Position numbers and translations under genes: made by a program
The notes under the pieces: model-generated
Seen by the model: the letters and a program-made list of their open reading frames with translations, nothing else
Told to the model about the DNA's origin: nothing
Databases searched by the model: none
Source of the DNA: Patescibacteria group bacterium
Lineage (GTDB): Bacteria > Patescibacteriota > Microgenomatia > UBA1400 > PJMF01
DNA: 60,445 bases
Assembly: GCA_052035325.1 (NCBI GenBank)
Contig: JBPOHR010000003.1
Span: 1 to 60,445 of the forward strand
Reading direction: 5' to 3'
Shown: positions 25,943 to 35,652 of the stretch, one piece after another
Layout: every line of letters begins with the position of its first letter
How positions within the stretch are numbered: the first letter of the stretch is position 1

Positions 25943-27484
25943 CTACTTCCCATTTGAAAATGTCAGTTCAGAGCTACTCACTATTTTTGGCGAAAGAGAA
26001 CCTAGATATCTATTCAACCAAAACTTCCTCATCAGTGCAGAAAACCACGTATCATGTTTTCGAAGTGATCTAAGATACTCTCCATGTTTTCTCCCTAATT
26101 CATCTATCTTTGTGCTCACTTCTTTTAGCTGCACAGTATGGACAACCCCAGCTTCACCAGAAAGTGCTGCACTTTCATCCACTTTTTTCAACACGTATGT
26201 TTCAACGATCCCTAAAGCCTCATCAAGTGAAAGACCTAGAGTTGGTCCCGTTAGGCCAGCAAGCACTTGAGGCAAATAGTAGTACCGGACGGCATTATTT
26301 TCTGTTGAAACTTTGCCTAGGTGCTGTACAAACTCACCATGCTTGTGTACAGCGTCGAGTAGTACTTCCATTTGTTGTTTGTTAGCCACTTTTCTGGCAA
26401 GAGCTAGACGTACCGCAGCTACTGCTACCTTTGGTTTTTTTGAATATAACTTTGTGTACTCCGCTTTCATTCCCATAGACTCCATAAAGGACTCAAGCAT
26501 CGCCAACCAGGCTTCTTCTGGTGATTTACCAGCTCTCAGGGCATCAAATGCGCTAGCAACCAACTGCCAGTTCAACCAAGTTCGCTCATTCATGACCACA
26601 CTTGATCCATCAGCTGTAGGTACAACACCGGCCATATCGACTAGATTCTCCAACAGCCACTGCGTAAATTCTTCAGAAGTCTGGAAGATTGACTCGCTTA
26701 GCAATGCCTGTAGCTGCTCGGGACCCGCTTCAAGCCCTTGTGCTAACTGGCCAACATTGGTACTGACACCGCCTTTGATAATTCGTTTAATCCGCTCTTG
26801 GACGTCTGGTGACTGTTTATTTAGCAATGGCAAGAATTGAGCACGTAGTTCAGGCGTGTCCACTAGATAAGCCAGTGCCGCATCATGATCAGTAGTCAAG
26901 TTTGTGCCATGCGACTGAGCGTTTTCATGAATAGCTTTCTCGACTATGCCCAACTTAGCAATATCATGTTGCAGAAGTAGTACTATTTCCGTAGTGAATG
27001 ACTCAACACTTGAAACAGTACTGTTGGCTCGCTCGCACATCTGTTCAAATGAAGCCCGAGTTAAACCACCTGATTTTTCAGCTGAAGTCCGCGGGACAAA
27101 AAGTCTATAGGCTTTGTCAGCCGTAGCTACTTGGTTACCCTTATGAAGCAAAAACAACACATAAATCGACTGGATTGTCTTTTTCTTTTCTGTTTGTGGA
27201 TTTTTTGGTGAATAACTGGCGGCTTCCAGCGAGCGATCAAACAGACCAAGTTCTTCTGGAAATGCACTCTGTAATTTCCGGGAGAATACATCAAAAAATT
27301 GTGTTCTTGATTCTAGCAAATCAGGATCTACCTTTTCAAATTCCTGGAACACATCATTCAGCCAAGTCACGATATCAGCAGGTTTTTCTGATGCTGCTGC
27401 TAGTCTGTCACGGACAGTTTTGGGTACATCCATCCCCCCATCAACCATTTGTCTACGAATTACATCTTCAGCAAAAGAAAACAT
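25943..27484 (-). CDS. Hypothetical 513-aa protein with HD-phosphohydrolase-like motifs
   Basis: LLLQHDIAK, TDHD, NVGQLAQ.E, LVDMAG; TATACT 7 nt before ATG. Confidence 0.7.
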   Translation of the reverse strand: MFSFAEDVIRRQMVDGGMDVPKTVRDRLAAASEKPADIVTWLNDVFQEFEKVDPDLLESRTQFFDVFSRKLQSAFPEELGLFDRSLEAASYSPKNPQTEKKKTIQSIYVLFLLHKGNQVATADKAYRLFVPRTSAEKSGGLTRASFEQMCERANSTVSSVESFTTEIVLLLQHDIAKLGIVEKAIHENAQSHGTNLTTDHDAALAYLVDTPELRAQFLPLLNKQSPDVQERIKRIIKGGVSTNVGQLAQGLEAGPEQLQALLSESIFQTSEEFTQWLLENLVDMAGVVPTADGSSVVMNERTWLNWQLVASAFDALRAGKSPEEAWLAMLESFMESMGMKAEYTKLYSKKPKVAVAAVRLALARKVANKQQMEVLLDAVHKHGEFVQHLGKVSTENNAVRYYYLPQVLAGLTGPTLGLSLDEALGIVETYVLKKVDESAALSGEAGVVHTVQLKEVSTKIDELGRKHGEYLRSLRKHDTWFSALMRKFWLNRYLGSLSPKIVSSSELTFSNGK

Positions 27485-27507
27485 ACTAGCTAGTATAGTT
27501 GATGTTT

Positions 27508-28887
27508 CTACTTCTGTCTCAAGAAAGCGGGAATTTCAAACTCATCATCAAAATCACTGTCAGCTGCTGGTGTTGGAGTCGTTGTCGTCGGTGTCACCAC
27601 TGCTGGTGCAGGCTGGACAGGTGCTGAAGCACGAGATGGTTGCACTTGATCACCAAAAGCTTGTGATCGCACAAATGGTTGTGTCGGCATATTCATGCTC
27701 GAAGAGCCTGACATTTGTTGACTCATTTGTGGTTGCGTGAATGAACTAGGCGCTCGATCAATCTTCGGTGCCATTGGCTCATCACTTGTCTGTGCCAAAC
27801 CAAAAATCCGAGGTTGTCGCAAACCTGTAGCGGGAGCTGCAGCTACGCTTGGGTTATCACCAAGACGTCGTTGTGATTCTCGACCAAACGCGCCAAAAAT
27901 AGGTCGATTGGTAGCCGCGTAACCCATTTGACGTTCATCAAAACCGGTGGCAATCACACTAATCTTGATGCTCGAGCCCATGTCTTCATCAATAGTCGCA
28001 CCAAATATAATGTTGGCGTCAGGAGCAGCCGCATTGGCAATAATGGCTGAAGCATCAGACACTTCACTCATGGTCATATCTGAACCACCAATCACGTTGT
28101 ATAAGATACCGTGGGCACCATCAATTGACACCTCAAGAAGTGGCGAAGAAATGGCCATCCGTGCGGCTGTAGCAGCCCGATTTTCACCAGAGGCTTCACC
28201 AATTCCCATCAAAGCAGAACCAGAATCAGCCATAATGGTCTTCACATCTGCGAAGTCCACATTGATCAAACCAGGTACGGTAATTAAGTCAGAAATACCC
28301 TGGACACCTTGACCAAGTACGTTATCAGCTAAGCGAAACGCATCAAGTAGCGTCATTTTCTTATCCACCACATCCATCAAACGTTGGTTGGGAATCACGA
28401 TTAGTGTATCAACATTTTCTTTGAGCAACTCAATGCCTTCTTCTGCCGACTGCATCCGGCGAATACCTTCAAATGCAAAGGGTTTTGTCACCACAGCCAC
28501 TGTCAAGGCACCAGACTCTTTGGCAATCTGGGCAATAACTGGTGACGCACCGGTCCCCGTGCCACCACCCATACCTGCAGTAATAAACACCATGTCTGTG
28601 TCAAATAACAACTCTTTGATTTTCTCTTTACTTTCCTCAGCTGCAGTGCGACCCACATCAGGGTCGGCGCCAGACCCCAGACCTTTGGTAAAGTTACTGC
28701 CAATTTGCAATTTAGTGTCAGCTTTGGACGTCAACAATGCCTGTGCATCAGTATTGACAGCAATAAACTCCACACCTTGAATCTGGCCAGAGTTGATCAT
28801 CGAGTTGACGGCATTGCCACCACCTCCACCCACGCCAATGACTTTGATCTTGGCGAACGTCGTATTTGTTGGCTTAACCAGTCCCAT
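27508..28887 (-). CDS. ftsZ: Cell division protein FtsZ
   Basis: [23 protein letters not shown] tubulin motif, LINVDFAD, C-terminal [13 protein letters not shown]. Confidence 0.99.
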   Translation of the reverse strand: MGLVKPTNTTFAKIKVIGVGGGGGNAVNSMINSGQIQGVEFIAVNTDAQALLTSKADTKLQIGSNFTKGLGSGADPDVGRTAAEESKEKIKELLFDTDMVFITAGMGGGTGTGASPVIAQIAKESGALTVAVVTKPFAFEGIRRMQSAEEGIELLKENVDTLIVIPNQRLMDVVDKKMTLLDAFRLADNVLGQGVQGISDLITVPGLINVDFADVKTIMADSGSALMGIGEASGENRAATAARMAISSPLLEVSIDGAHGILYNVIGGSDMTMSEVSDASAIIANAAAPDANIIFGATIDEDMGSSIKISVIATGFDERQMGYAATNRPIFGAFGRESQRRLGDNPSVAAAPATGLRQPRIFGLAQTSDEPMAPKIDRAPSSFTQPQMSQQMSGSSSMNMPTQPFVRSQAFGDQVQPSRASAPVQPAPAVVTPTTTTPTPAADSDFDDEFEIPAFLRQK

Positions 28888-28925
28888 ACATGCCTTTAAT
28901 TACTAACATACCGAAAGTTGAGATC

Positions 28926-28940
28926 AAAGTGTATCACTTT
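28926..28940. promoter_or_regulatory. Inverted repeat AAAGTG-N3-CACTTT overlapping the ftsZ extended -10 (TGA-TACACT, minus strand)
   Basis: Perfect 6-bp arms in the ftsA-ftsZ gap; -10 at 28928-28933. Confidence 0.5.
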
Positions 28941-28969
28941 TTTCTGATGCGCAACAGAGCCTTATCTAG

Positions 28970-30280
28970 TTAGGGAAGTACTGATTTAATCAAATCAACT
29001 AATTTGGTGGCAACCGAACCGATAGGTAATTTTTTGAGTACACCACTGAGATCAAAACCACTAGAGTGTACTTCTGCAATGCCCTGGCGTCGTCCATACT
29101 CTAGGAGTCCAATACATGTAGAAAACGATGGCTTTTGTATATCTGTGACAAGCCCAGTGAGACCCTTTGGCTTACCCACTCTAGCAGGCAGATTTGTAGC
29201 ACGTTTAGCCACTTCCACAATACCAATTGTCTCGGCACCACCCCCAGTAATCACCAAACCAGCGGGAACTTGCCCAACAAGACCTTGTGATTCTAACTGC
29301 TGCATAATGAGCGAAAAAATTTCCTTCATTCGTGGCACCATAATTCCATCTATCAACGTTCGTTTTGATAATGCTTCAGACGCATCTTCCAATCCAAACT
29401 TCTTAGGATCTAGTTCATCGGCTTTTTTGCGCCGCCGGTTAAGTTCTTCTTTTGATTCACCTGGATGTGGCGAAATAGGACTAAGGTCTTCTTTGGACAA
29501 TGCAACTTTAATTTTTTCCGCACTATCTAGACTGACTCGGCAACCAAGAGCAATATCTTGAGTAATGTGACGAGCACCAATCGGCAATGTACCCGAGAAC
29601 ACCAACGCATTTTCAATATAAGCACAAATTGAAGTAGTGCCAGCGCCAATGTCTACCACAAGGACACCTAATTCTTTTTCCGTTTCGGTCACAACAACTT
29701 CTGCTGAAGCAAGTCCAGAGAACACAAAACCATCCACAGTAATTCCTAAATCATGCAAACATTTTTCAAAGTTCCTCAATGCTGTAGACATACCCGTAAT
29801 CAAATGAGCTTTTGCCTCAAGTCTCACGCCTGTCATACCTACCGGATCCTTGATACCATCTTGTGAATCTACCGTAAAATCCCCTGGAATAACATGAATA
29901 ATTTCTCGGTCAGCAGGAAGCGATACCGCTCGTGCAGCCTCGATCACTCGTGAGACATCTTCGCTGGTAATCTCTTGTGATGGCGAAGCAACTGCCACAA
30001 CACCTGTGGAATTCTGTGAACCAATATGCGTCCCCGCAAATGAAATAAACGCACTGCGGACATCAAAACCTGCCATACGCTCCGCAGCGTCAAGACTTTC
30101 GGTCATAGTCTCAAGAGCCTGTTCAAGATTGATTATGGTGCTACGACGAACACCTCGCGTGGGCACGACAGAAACACCTACCACCTGCAACTGATTACTT
30201 CCTTCTGGTTGTGTAGCAATCAGGGTGACACATTTGTCTGTGCCTAAATCTATAGCGGTTATTGGTGCGACACGAGGCAT
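28970..30280 (-). CDS. ftsA: Cell division protein FtsA
   Basis: AIDLGTDK, DPVGMTGVRLE, VDIGAGTT, LVITGGGA, C-terminal amphipathic helix. Confidence 0.98.
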   Translation of the reverse strand: MPRVAPITAIDLGTDKCVTLIATQPEGSNQLQVVGVSVVPTRGVRRSTIINLEQALETMTESLDAAERMAGFDVRSAFISFAGTHIGSQNSTGVVAVASPSQEITSEDVSRVIEAARAVSLPADREIIHVIPGDFTVDSQDGIKDPVGMTGVRLEAKAHLITGMSTALRNFEKCLHDLGITVDGFVFSGLASAEVVVTETEKELGVLVVDIGAGTTSICAYIENALVFSGTLPIGARHITQDIALGCRVSLDSAEKIKVALSKEDLSPISPHPGESKEELNRRRKKADELDPKKFGLEDASEALSKRTLIDGIMVPRMKEIFSLIMQQLESQGLVGQVPAGLVITGGGAETIGIVEVAKRATNLPARVGKPKGLTGLVTDIQKPSFSTCIGLLEYGRRQGIAEVHSSGFDLSGVLKKLPIGSVATKLVDLIKSVLP

Positions 30281-30314
30281 AAAGTAAACGTACGAGCTTT
30301 AAGCATAGCAACTC

Positions 30315-31028
30315 TCATGAATTGTGTCGAGGTAGTGTTGGTGTTGTGCGCAACACGGGCAACGCATAACGAGTATCTACTTCGACAATTGGCTCCGGAT
30401 AGGTGCTCCAGTCTATACCTGACTGGATAACGTGCCAACGCTGCCAATCAAGTTGCCATTCATGCAAGTTTAAAATAACAGTACGCTCATCGCTGCGAAA
30501 CGATAAGACATGAGTATCATCATACGCTATTTCTGTAAGCGCTTGGGAGTGACTTTCGCTCAAAAATGCAGCTAGTAATTGCGTATCACGCATAAACTCC
30601 TCTGATGAGTCTTGCCAAATGTGCCAAACACTAGGTGAGACATGGACGCTTGAAATGGAAGCAGGTATTTCTTGTAACAATAACAACGTGTGGCGATCAG
30701 TAATTGCCCATGACTCTTCTTCTACTTGTGCAATAAACAGAATACGTTCATTTGCTAACGTCACGTGTAAGGTCATTGGCCACCGCCGCGCGTATTCTGC
30801 TATGTATACACCAGTATTCGCCCCAAGGGAAACTACTGGGATTTTATTAAACAACATTCGCTGACCTTGTAGTGACTTAAGAGCTCGTATCTCTGTGTCT
30901 GTACACTCTCGTTCTGGATGACTGCAAGTCACGTGATCTACTTTCCACAGCCATACGCTTCCTACCACGACAGCACTCATCAAGAACCACCAGATAATCG
31001 TTTGGGGTTGGGCTAAACGGGCTGACAT
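30315..31028 (-). CDS. ftsQ: FtsQ/DivIB-like protein (divergent)
   Basis: Position between murG and ftsA, single N-terminal TM, RRWPMTL.V.L segment, C-terminal VEVDTRY..PVLR. Confidence 0.6.
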   Translation of the reverse strand: MSARLAQPQTIIWWFLMSAVVVGSVWLWKVDHVTCSHPERECTDTEIRALKSLQGQRMLFNKIPVVSLGANTGVYIAEYARRWPMTLHVTLANERILFIAQVEEESWAITDRHTLLLLQEIPASISSVHVSPSVWHIWQDSSEEFMRDTQLLAAFLSESHSQALTEIAYDDTHVLSFRSDERTVILNLHEWQLDWQRWHVIQSGIDWSTYPEPIVEVDTRYALPVLRTTPTLPRHNS

Positions 31029-31031
31029 ACA

Positions 31032-32144
31032 CTATGGTGATGCCACATCTTCAATATGTGACCAAAGATGATGAAGTGCTTTATCATTGTAACGATGTTT
31101 CTCAAGATGGCGGCGATAATCTTGGTTTTTGTCGATTGCTTCTTGAAGTGTGTCATGCAAAACTGCTGGAGTTAATGCTGACTGAGGAATACTTCGAGCT
31201 GCACCTGTGGAAACGAGTGGTTCAGCATTTTTTGTCTGCTCATCTTGACTTGCCGTTGGTAATGGAATCAGAATCGCCGGAACGCCAAAGTGAACAAATT
31301 CTGTAATGGTATTGGCTCCAGCTCTACCAACTACAACGGTAGCATGTTGCCAAATCCAAGCTAGTTCCGACTCAGTAAACCATGACTTTGCCATGTACCT
31401 TTGTTGGAGTGCAGTTGGTAGTAATCGTACTGTTGCGTGCAATTCCTCTTGATAGTTATGTTGAATCGTTGCATTGCCACATTGGTGAATAACTATCCAC
31501 TTACTCAACATCACGGGAAGCAATTCTTTGATGACTTGGTTAATAACCAGTGCACCTTGATTGCCCCCAGTTACAAATACGACAGGCACCTTATCCTGGC
31601 ACCACCAGCCTGGCTGTGAAGCCAGCTTACGTAAACCTGGCCTCAATGGATTACCCGTTACATATGCTTTGTGTTGGAGTGAATGTGGTAGTAAACTCCG
31701 TGATGATTCAAAACTAAGGGCAATTCGCTGTGCGAATTGGCCAATAAATCGTGTTGCATACCCAATCACACGTGTCTGTTCATGCGTAACAATAGGAATA
31801 CCTCGGACTGCTGCAGCAACTGCAAACGGGACTGCTTGATACCCCCCAAAGGAAACAAGCACATCAACTTCTTCATCTTGAATAAGTGAGAATGCTTGCC
31901 AAACTGCCTTCAACATTCTGAACAAACTTAGCACCGATTTCACTCCCCTTGGTGCGGCAAATAGCACAAATCGAGTATTACGATGTTGTCCCACTTCATG
32001 GCTCTCATGACTCTCTTGGAGTAATTGATCTTGGCTATATTTCCTGCCAGCAAACACTATTTGTACGTCGCTACGTGCTTCTTCCAAGTACTCAATAAGT
32101 GCCAATGCAGGTGTGAGGTGACCACCGGGTATAAGTATTGTCAT
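31032..32144 (-). CDS. murG: Lipid II GlcNAc transferase MurG
   Basis: GGHLTPALA, SFGGYQAVP, HEQT, TGNPLR, VTGGNQGA, GRAGANT, DEQTKNA. Confidence 0.96.
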   Translation of the reverse strand: MTILIPGGHLTPALALIEYLEEARSDVQIVFAGRKYSQDQLLQESHESHEVGQHRNTRFVLFAAPRGVKSVLSLFRMLKAVWQAFSLIQDEEVDVLVSFGGYQAVPFAVAAAVRGIPIVTHEQTRVIGYATRFIGQFAQRIALSFESSRSLLPHSLQHKAYVTGNPLRPGLRKLASQPGWWCQDKVPVVFVTGGNQGALVINQVIKELLPVMLSKWIVIHQCGNATIQHNYQEELHATVRLLPTALQQRYMAKSWFTESELAWIWQHATVVVGRAGANTITEFVHFGVPAILIPLPTASQDEQTKNAEPLVSTGAARSIPQSALTPAVLHDTLQEAIDKNQDYRRHLEKHRYNDKALHHLWSHIEDVASP

Positions 32145-33268
32145 GATGCTGACTGTAGTGTACTGGATTTTCGCGATACTGTCCCGTGTCGGCTGGCATG
32201 CAATAGTACGCCGCTAGCAAATAAAATCATGATGAGAGCTGTCCCTCCATATGAGAAAAAAGGCAGTGGCACCCCCGTAAGTGGAACCAGTGCCACCACA
32301 GCGCCCAGATTAAGCACAGTTTGGGCTGTTAACCATGTCAATATGCCAAAACTTAATAATTGTGCGGTTTTATCAAGTTCACTGGTAATAATGACGCGCA
32401 AACTTGTCGCAAAAAAAGCTATGTAGAGCCCTATCAGTAGTAACGAGCCAACAAGACCCACTTCTTCAGCTATTACCGCAAAAATTGAATCAGTGCTCGG
32501 CTCAGGCAAGTATGAATACTTTTGTTGAGACTGACCAATTCCTTGACCAAACACCCCGCCATTTCCCAAGGCTAGTGTTATTTGTCTAATATGAAAGCTT
32601 GCTCCCAATGGGTCAGATTCAGGGTTAAGGTAGGTCAATAGTCTTTCGCGTCGATATGGTGCTGCCAATACTAATATGGCCAAAATCACAATGCCAACAG
32701 TTCCCACACCTAGTAAATGTTTGAATTGGCCACCCGCCACATAATACTGTGCGCCAGCAATGCTAAGCAAAATGAGAACTGAACCCAAATCAGGTTGAAG
32801 CAGTACTAAACCTGCCGGAATTGCAGTTAAAGCGAGAAAAGGGACTAATCGTTGATGTCGACTCATCCACATGGCAAAAAACGCGACTGTTGCAAACTTT
32901 ACCACTTCAATTGGTTGGAAAATAAAACCGGCAATTGAAATCCACCGGTGTGCTCCATTTAGTTCTCTGCCAATTCCAGGAATGAAAATCGCAATCAACA
33001 GTAAGATACTAAGGCCATACAACCACGGGCTTAGAGTACTCCACACCTTTGTGGGCATCAAATAACCGATTGCTAAAGCCCCAATACCTAACAAAAAGTG
33101 AAATGCTTGCTGTTTGAACAAAAAATATGGATCATTAAAGGTGACGTACGACTCGTATAAAGACGCATTCAAAACGAAAAACAAACCTAGTCCACTCAAA
33201 ACAAGAATCAAGATTAATAACACTCGACTAGACGTAAACAAGCTAACGTTTAAATGACGGCGAGCCAT
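32141..33268 (-). CDS. ftsW: SEDS protein FtsW
   Basis: NGAHRWI, FQPIEVVK, QPDLGS, PYRRERL, YLPEPSTDSIF, TGVPLPFFSYGG; start set at ATG 33268. Confidence 0.95.
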   Translation of the reverse strand: MARRHLNVSLFTSSRVLLILILVLSGLGLFFVLNASLYESYVTFNDPYFLFKQQAFHFLLGIGALAIGYLMPTKVWSTLSPWLYGLSILLLIAIFIPGIGRELNGAHRWISIAGFIFQPIEVVKFATVAFFAMWMSRHQRLVPFLALTAIPAGLVLLQPDLGSVLILLSIAGAQYYVAGGQFKHLLGVGTVGIVILAILVLAAPYRRERLLTYLNPESDPLGASFHIRQITLALGNGGVFGQGIGQSQQKYSYLPEPSTDSIFAVIAEEVGLVGSLLLIGLYIAFFATSLRVIITSELDKTAQLLSFGILTWLTAQTVLNLGAVVALVPLTGVPLPFFSYGGTALIMILFASGVLLHASRHGTVSRKSSTLQSAS

Positions 33269-34293
33269 AGACCAAATAGCGTGAGAATAATTTGTGCCAC
33301 CCACGCCCGTTGGACAATTTTAGGCTCTTCCCAGCCATACTTCTGTAAGAACAAGTGAAAAGGCGCGGCAGGAATAATCTTTTTTTTCAAAAATCGCTTT
33401 GACATCAGTTGGATAAATGAACTAGAAATTTCAAAGACGAAAATAAACCCAATCACCAGCAACGCAATCACTTTGCCCAGAAGTAAGCCGACCACAGCCA
33501 GCGTCGCGCCAAAAGCCAACGCACCAACATCACCCATAAACATCCGCGCCGGATACACATTGAAGTAGATAAAAGAGATCAAAGCACCAATCCATAATGC
33601 CAAGAAGGTTGACAAAGCTACATCCAAAATCGAGGCTGACAAAAACATTAATCCAAATAGCGAGATCATCAAAACGCCTGATGCCAAACCATCAAGCCCA
33701 TCTGTAATATTGACGGCGTTGGCAAACGCCACCACTACAAAAGCAGCAAATGGTATATAAAATAAGCCGAGTTGAAATGTGCCAATGAACGGGATGTTGA
33801 GAATTGAAATTCCCAAGTTGAAGTACAGCATACAAGCCACTATGACTGCCAAGATCACTTGTAGTACTAACTTCTGATGTAGTCGCATGCCAAAAAAGCC
33901 ACTTTTTTCGAACTGAAAGAATTTTTTAATATCATCATAGAGACCAAGCAAACCAAATGACAAAAAAGTAAAGAAGATGATGTTAATTTCAGCCTGGTAG
34001 TTACTATATACACCGGTAATATTCAGTCCTGCAAACTGCATCAACGGCACAATTAAACCAAACAAAATCGATACGACCATAATTACCAGCAAACCACCTC
34101 CGACTGGTACTCCCACTTTGTGTCCATGAAATTTGTCAAAAATTGGCGTCAATACACCAAAGGCATCTCGAGTAACTTGCTTGGCTCTTTGAAACTTTAA
34201 ACGGTATAAGGTATTGATAAAGGGCACGATTAAAACACTAGTGACAATAAAGGAGAAAAGTAGAATGCCAAGAAAAGTCGCAAGTTGGTTCAT
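33250..34293 (-). CDS. mraY: Phospho-MurNAc-pentapeptide transferase MraY
   Basis: GLYDD, NAVNITDGLDGLA, FNVYPARMFMGDVG, APFHLFL...GWEE.KIV.R. Confidence 0.95.
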   Translation of the reverse strand: MNQLATFLGILLFSFIVTSVLIVPFINTLYRLKFQRAKQVTRDAFGVLTPIFDKFHGHKVGVPVGGGLLVIMVVSILFGLIVPLMQFAGLNITGVYSNYQAEINIIFFTFLSFGLLGLYDDIKKFFQFEKSGFFGMRLHQKLVLQVILAVIVACMLYFNLGISILNIPFIGTFQLGLFYIPFAAFVVVAFANAVNITDGLDGLASGVLMISLFGLMFLSASILDVALSTFLALWIGALISFIYFNVYPARMFMGDVGALAFGATLAVVGLLLGKVIALLVIGFIFVFEISSSFIQLMSKRFLKKKIIPAAPFHLFLQKYGWEEPKIVQRAWVAQIILTLFGLWLAVI

Positions 34294-34322
34294 GTGTAGT
34301 TATCTTACAACGGATTGAATTG

Positions 34323-35651
34323 CTAGTGTCGTTCAATTTTTGCGCCCATGGCACTAAGTTGATCATCAAGACGTTCGTAACCTCGATCAATATGATCGGT
34401 AGGATCATCAAGAATTGTCTGACCAGCTGCAATTATGCCAGCCACCATCAATGTCGCTCCGTGACGAAGGTCTTTGACGGCAAAATGACCACCTGTCAGC
34501 GCAGTTGGCCCAGTTATTCGCAACGCATGTGGCTCCAGTCTTGAGTCATCATCAAGATTGAAGTTGTAAGTACTGTCCCAATTATCCACTTCAGGTTGAA
34601 AAGTCTCGAGGCTTGCTCCCATTTGCTGCAGTTCATCACGATAACCGAACCGCTGTCGATGTACCGTTTCATGCACCACACTAATTCCCTGAGCCTGGGT
34701 CATCATCGTCACCCAAAGAGGCTGCCAGTCGGTCTTAAAGCCTGGATGTATCGCAGTAGTAACGTCCGTAGCTCGCAAGGGTTGTGTGTAGTAGAAGCGA
34801 ATACCGAAGTGACCCACATCATAACCAGCACCAATCTCATCCAGCTTTGCCAAAAAGGCGGTCAGATCTTTTGCTCGAGCATTCTCAACAATCACGTCAC
34901 CTTTTGTCGCTAAAGCTGCACACGCAAATGACACAACCTGGTTTTGATCTGGCATCACCCGATAAATGGCTCCATGTAGTTGTGGAACACCATTGATGGT
35001 AATGGTACGTGGTGCGGTTCGTTTGATATCAGCACCCATTGCATTTAGAAATCCAATCAGATCATCAACTTCTGTCTCCTCGGCAGCATTTTCCAAAATG
35101 GTTTGCCCTTCAGCAAGTGCTGCGGCCATCACCAACGTTTCGGTGCCAGTATGAGAGTTTTTGCTAAATCGATAGGTCGCACCATGTAGTTTTTCAGCTG
35201 TCGTGACGATTGTGTCACCCTGCACTTCAACATGTGCCCCCAGTGCCTGCAAGCCTTCGAAGTGCCGTTCCAATGGCCGAGGGCCAATTTTGTCACCACC
35301 AGGTTGTGGCACAACTGCCCGCCCATGTCGTGCCAGTAGCACAGGAATAAATAAGGTTGATGCTCGAGAAGCCGCGCCGTGCTTGGCACTAATTTCAGTT
35401 ACATTGGCATCACTCCATGCACTCGGATCTACCATGTATGCCCTATCACCCACCTGATGTGCTGTCGCACCTAATTCGGTAATAATCTGTGCCACACGTT
35501 CAACATCACTGATATGACTGAAATTCAGCAACCTTGATGGTGTATCAGCTAACAATGCCGCAATCATCAGTTTGTAGGAAGCATTTTTTGCGCCACCAAC
35601 TCGTACGGAACCATAGAGTGGGGTTCCCCCCGTGATTAAGAAGGTACTCAT
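34323..35651 (-). CDS. murA: UDP-GlcNAc 1-carboxyvinyltransferase MurA (Asp at the active-site Cys position)
   Basis: GAKNAS, PGGDKIGPRP, HPGFKTD, ETVHRQRF, KDLRHGA, IDRGYE; start set at ATG 35651. Confidence 0.95.
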   Translation of the reverse strand: MSTFLITGGTPLYGSVRVGGAKNASYKLMIAALLADTPSRLLNFSHISDVERVAQIITELGATAHQVGDRAYMVDPSAWSDANVTEISAKHGAASRASTLFIPVLLARHGRAVVPQPGGDKIGPRPLERHFEGLQALGAHVEVQGDTIVTTAEKLHGATYRFSKNSHTGTETLVMAAALAEGQTILENAAEETEVDDLIGFLNAMGADIKRTAPRTITINGVPQLHGAIYRVMPDQNQVVSFACAALATKGDVIVENARAKDLTAFLAKLDEIGAGYDVGHFGIRFYYTQPLRATDVTTAIHPGFKTDWQPLWVTMMTQAQGISVVHETVHRQRFGYRDELQQMGASLETFQPEVDNWDSTYNFNLDDDSRLEPHALRITGPTALTGGHFAVKDLRHGATLMVAGIIAAGQTILDDPTDHIDRGYERLDDQLSAMGAKIERH

Positions 35652-35652
35652 A

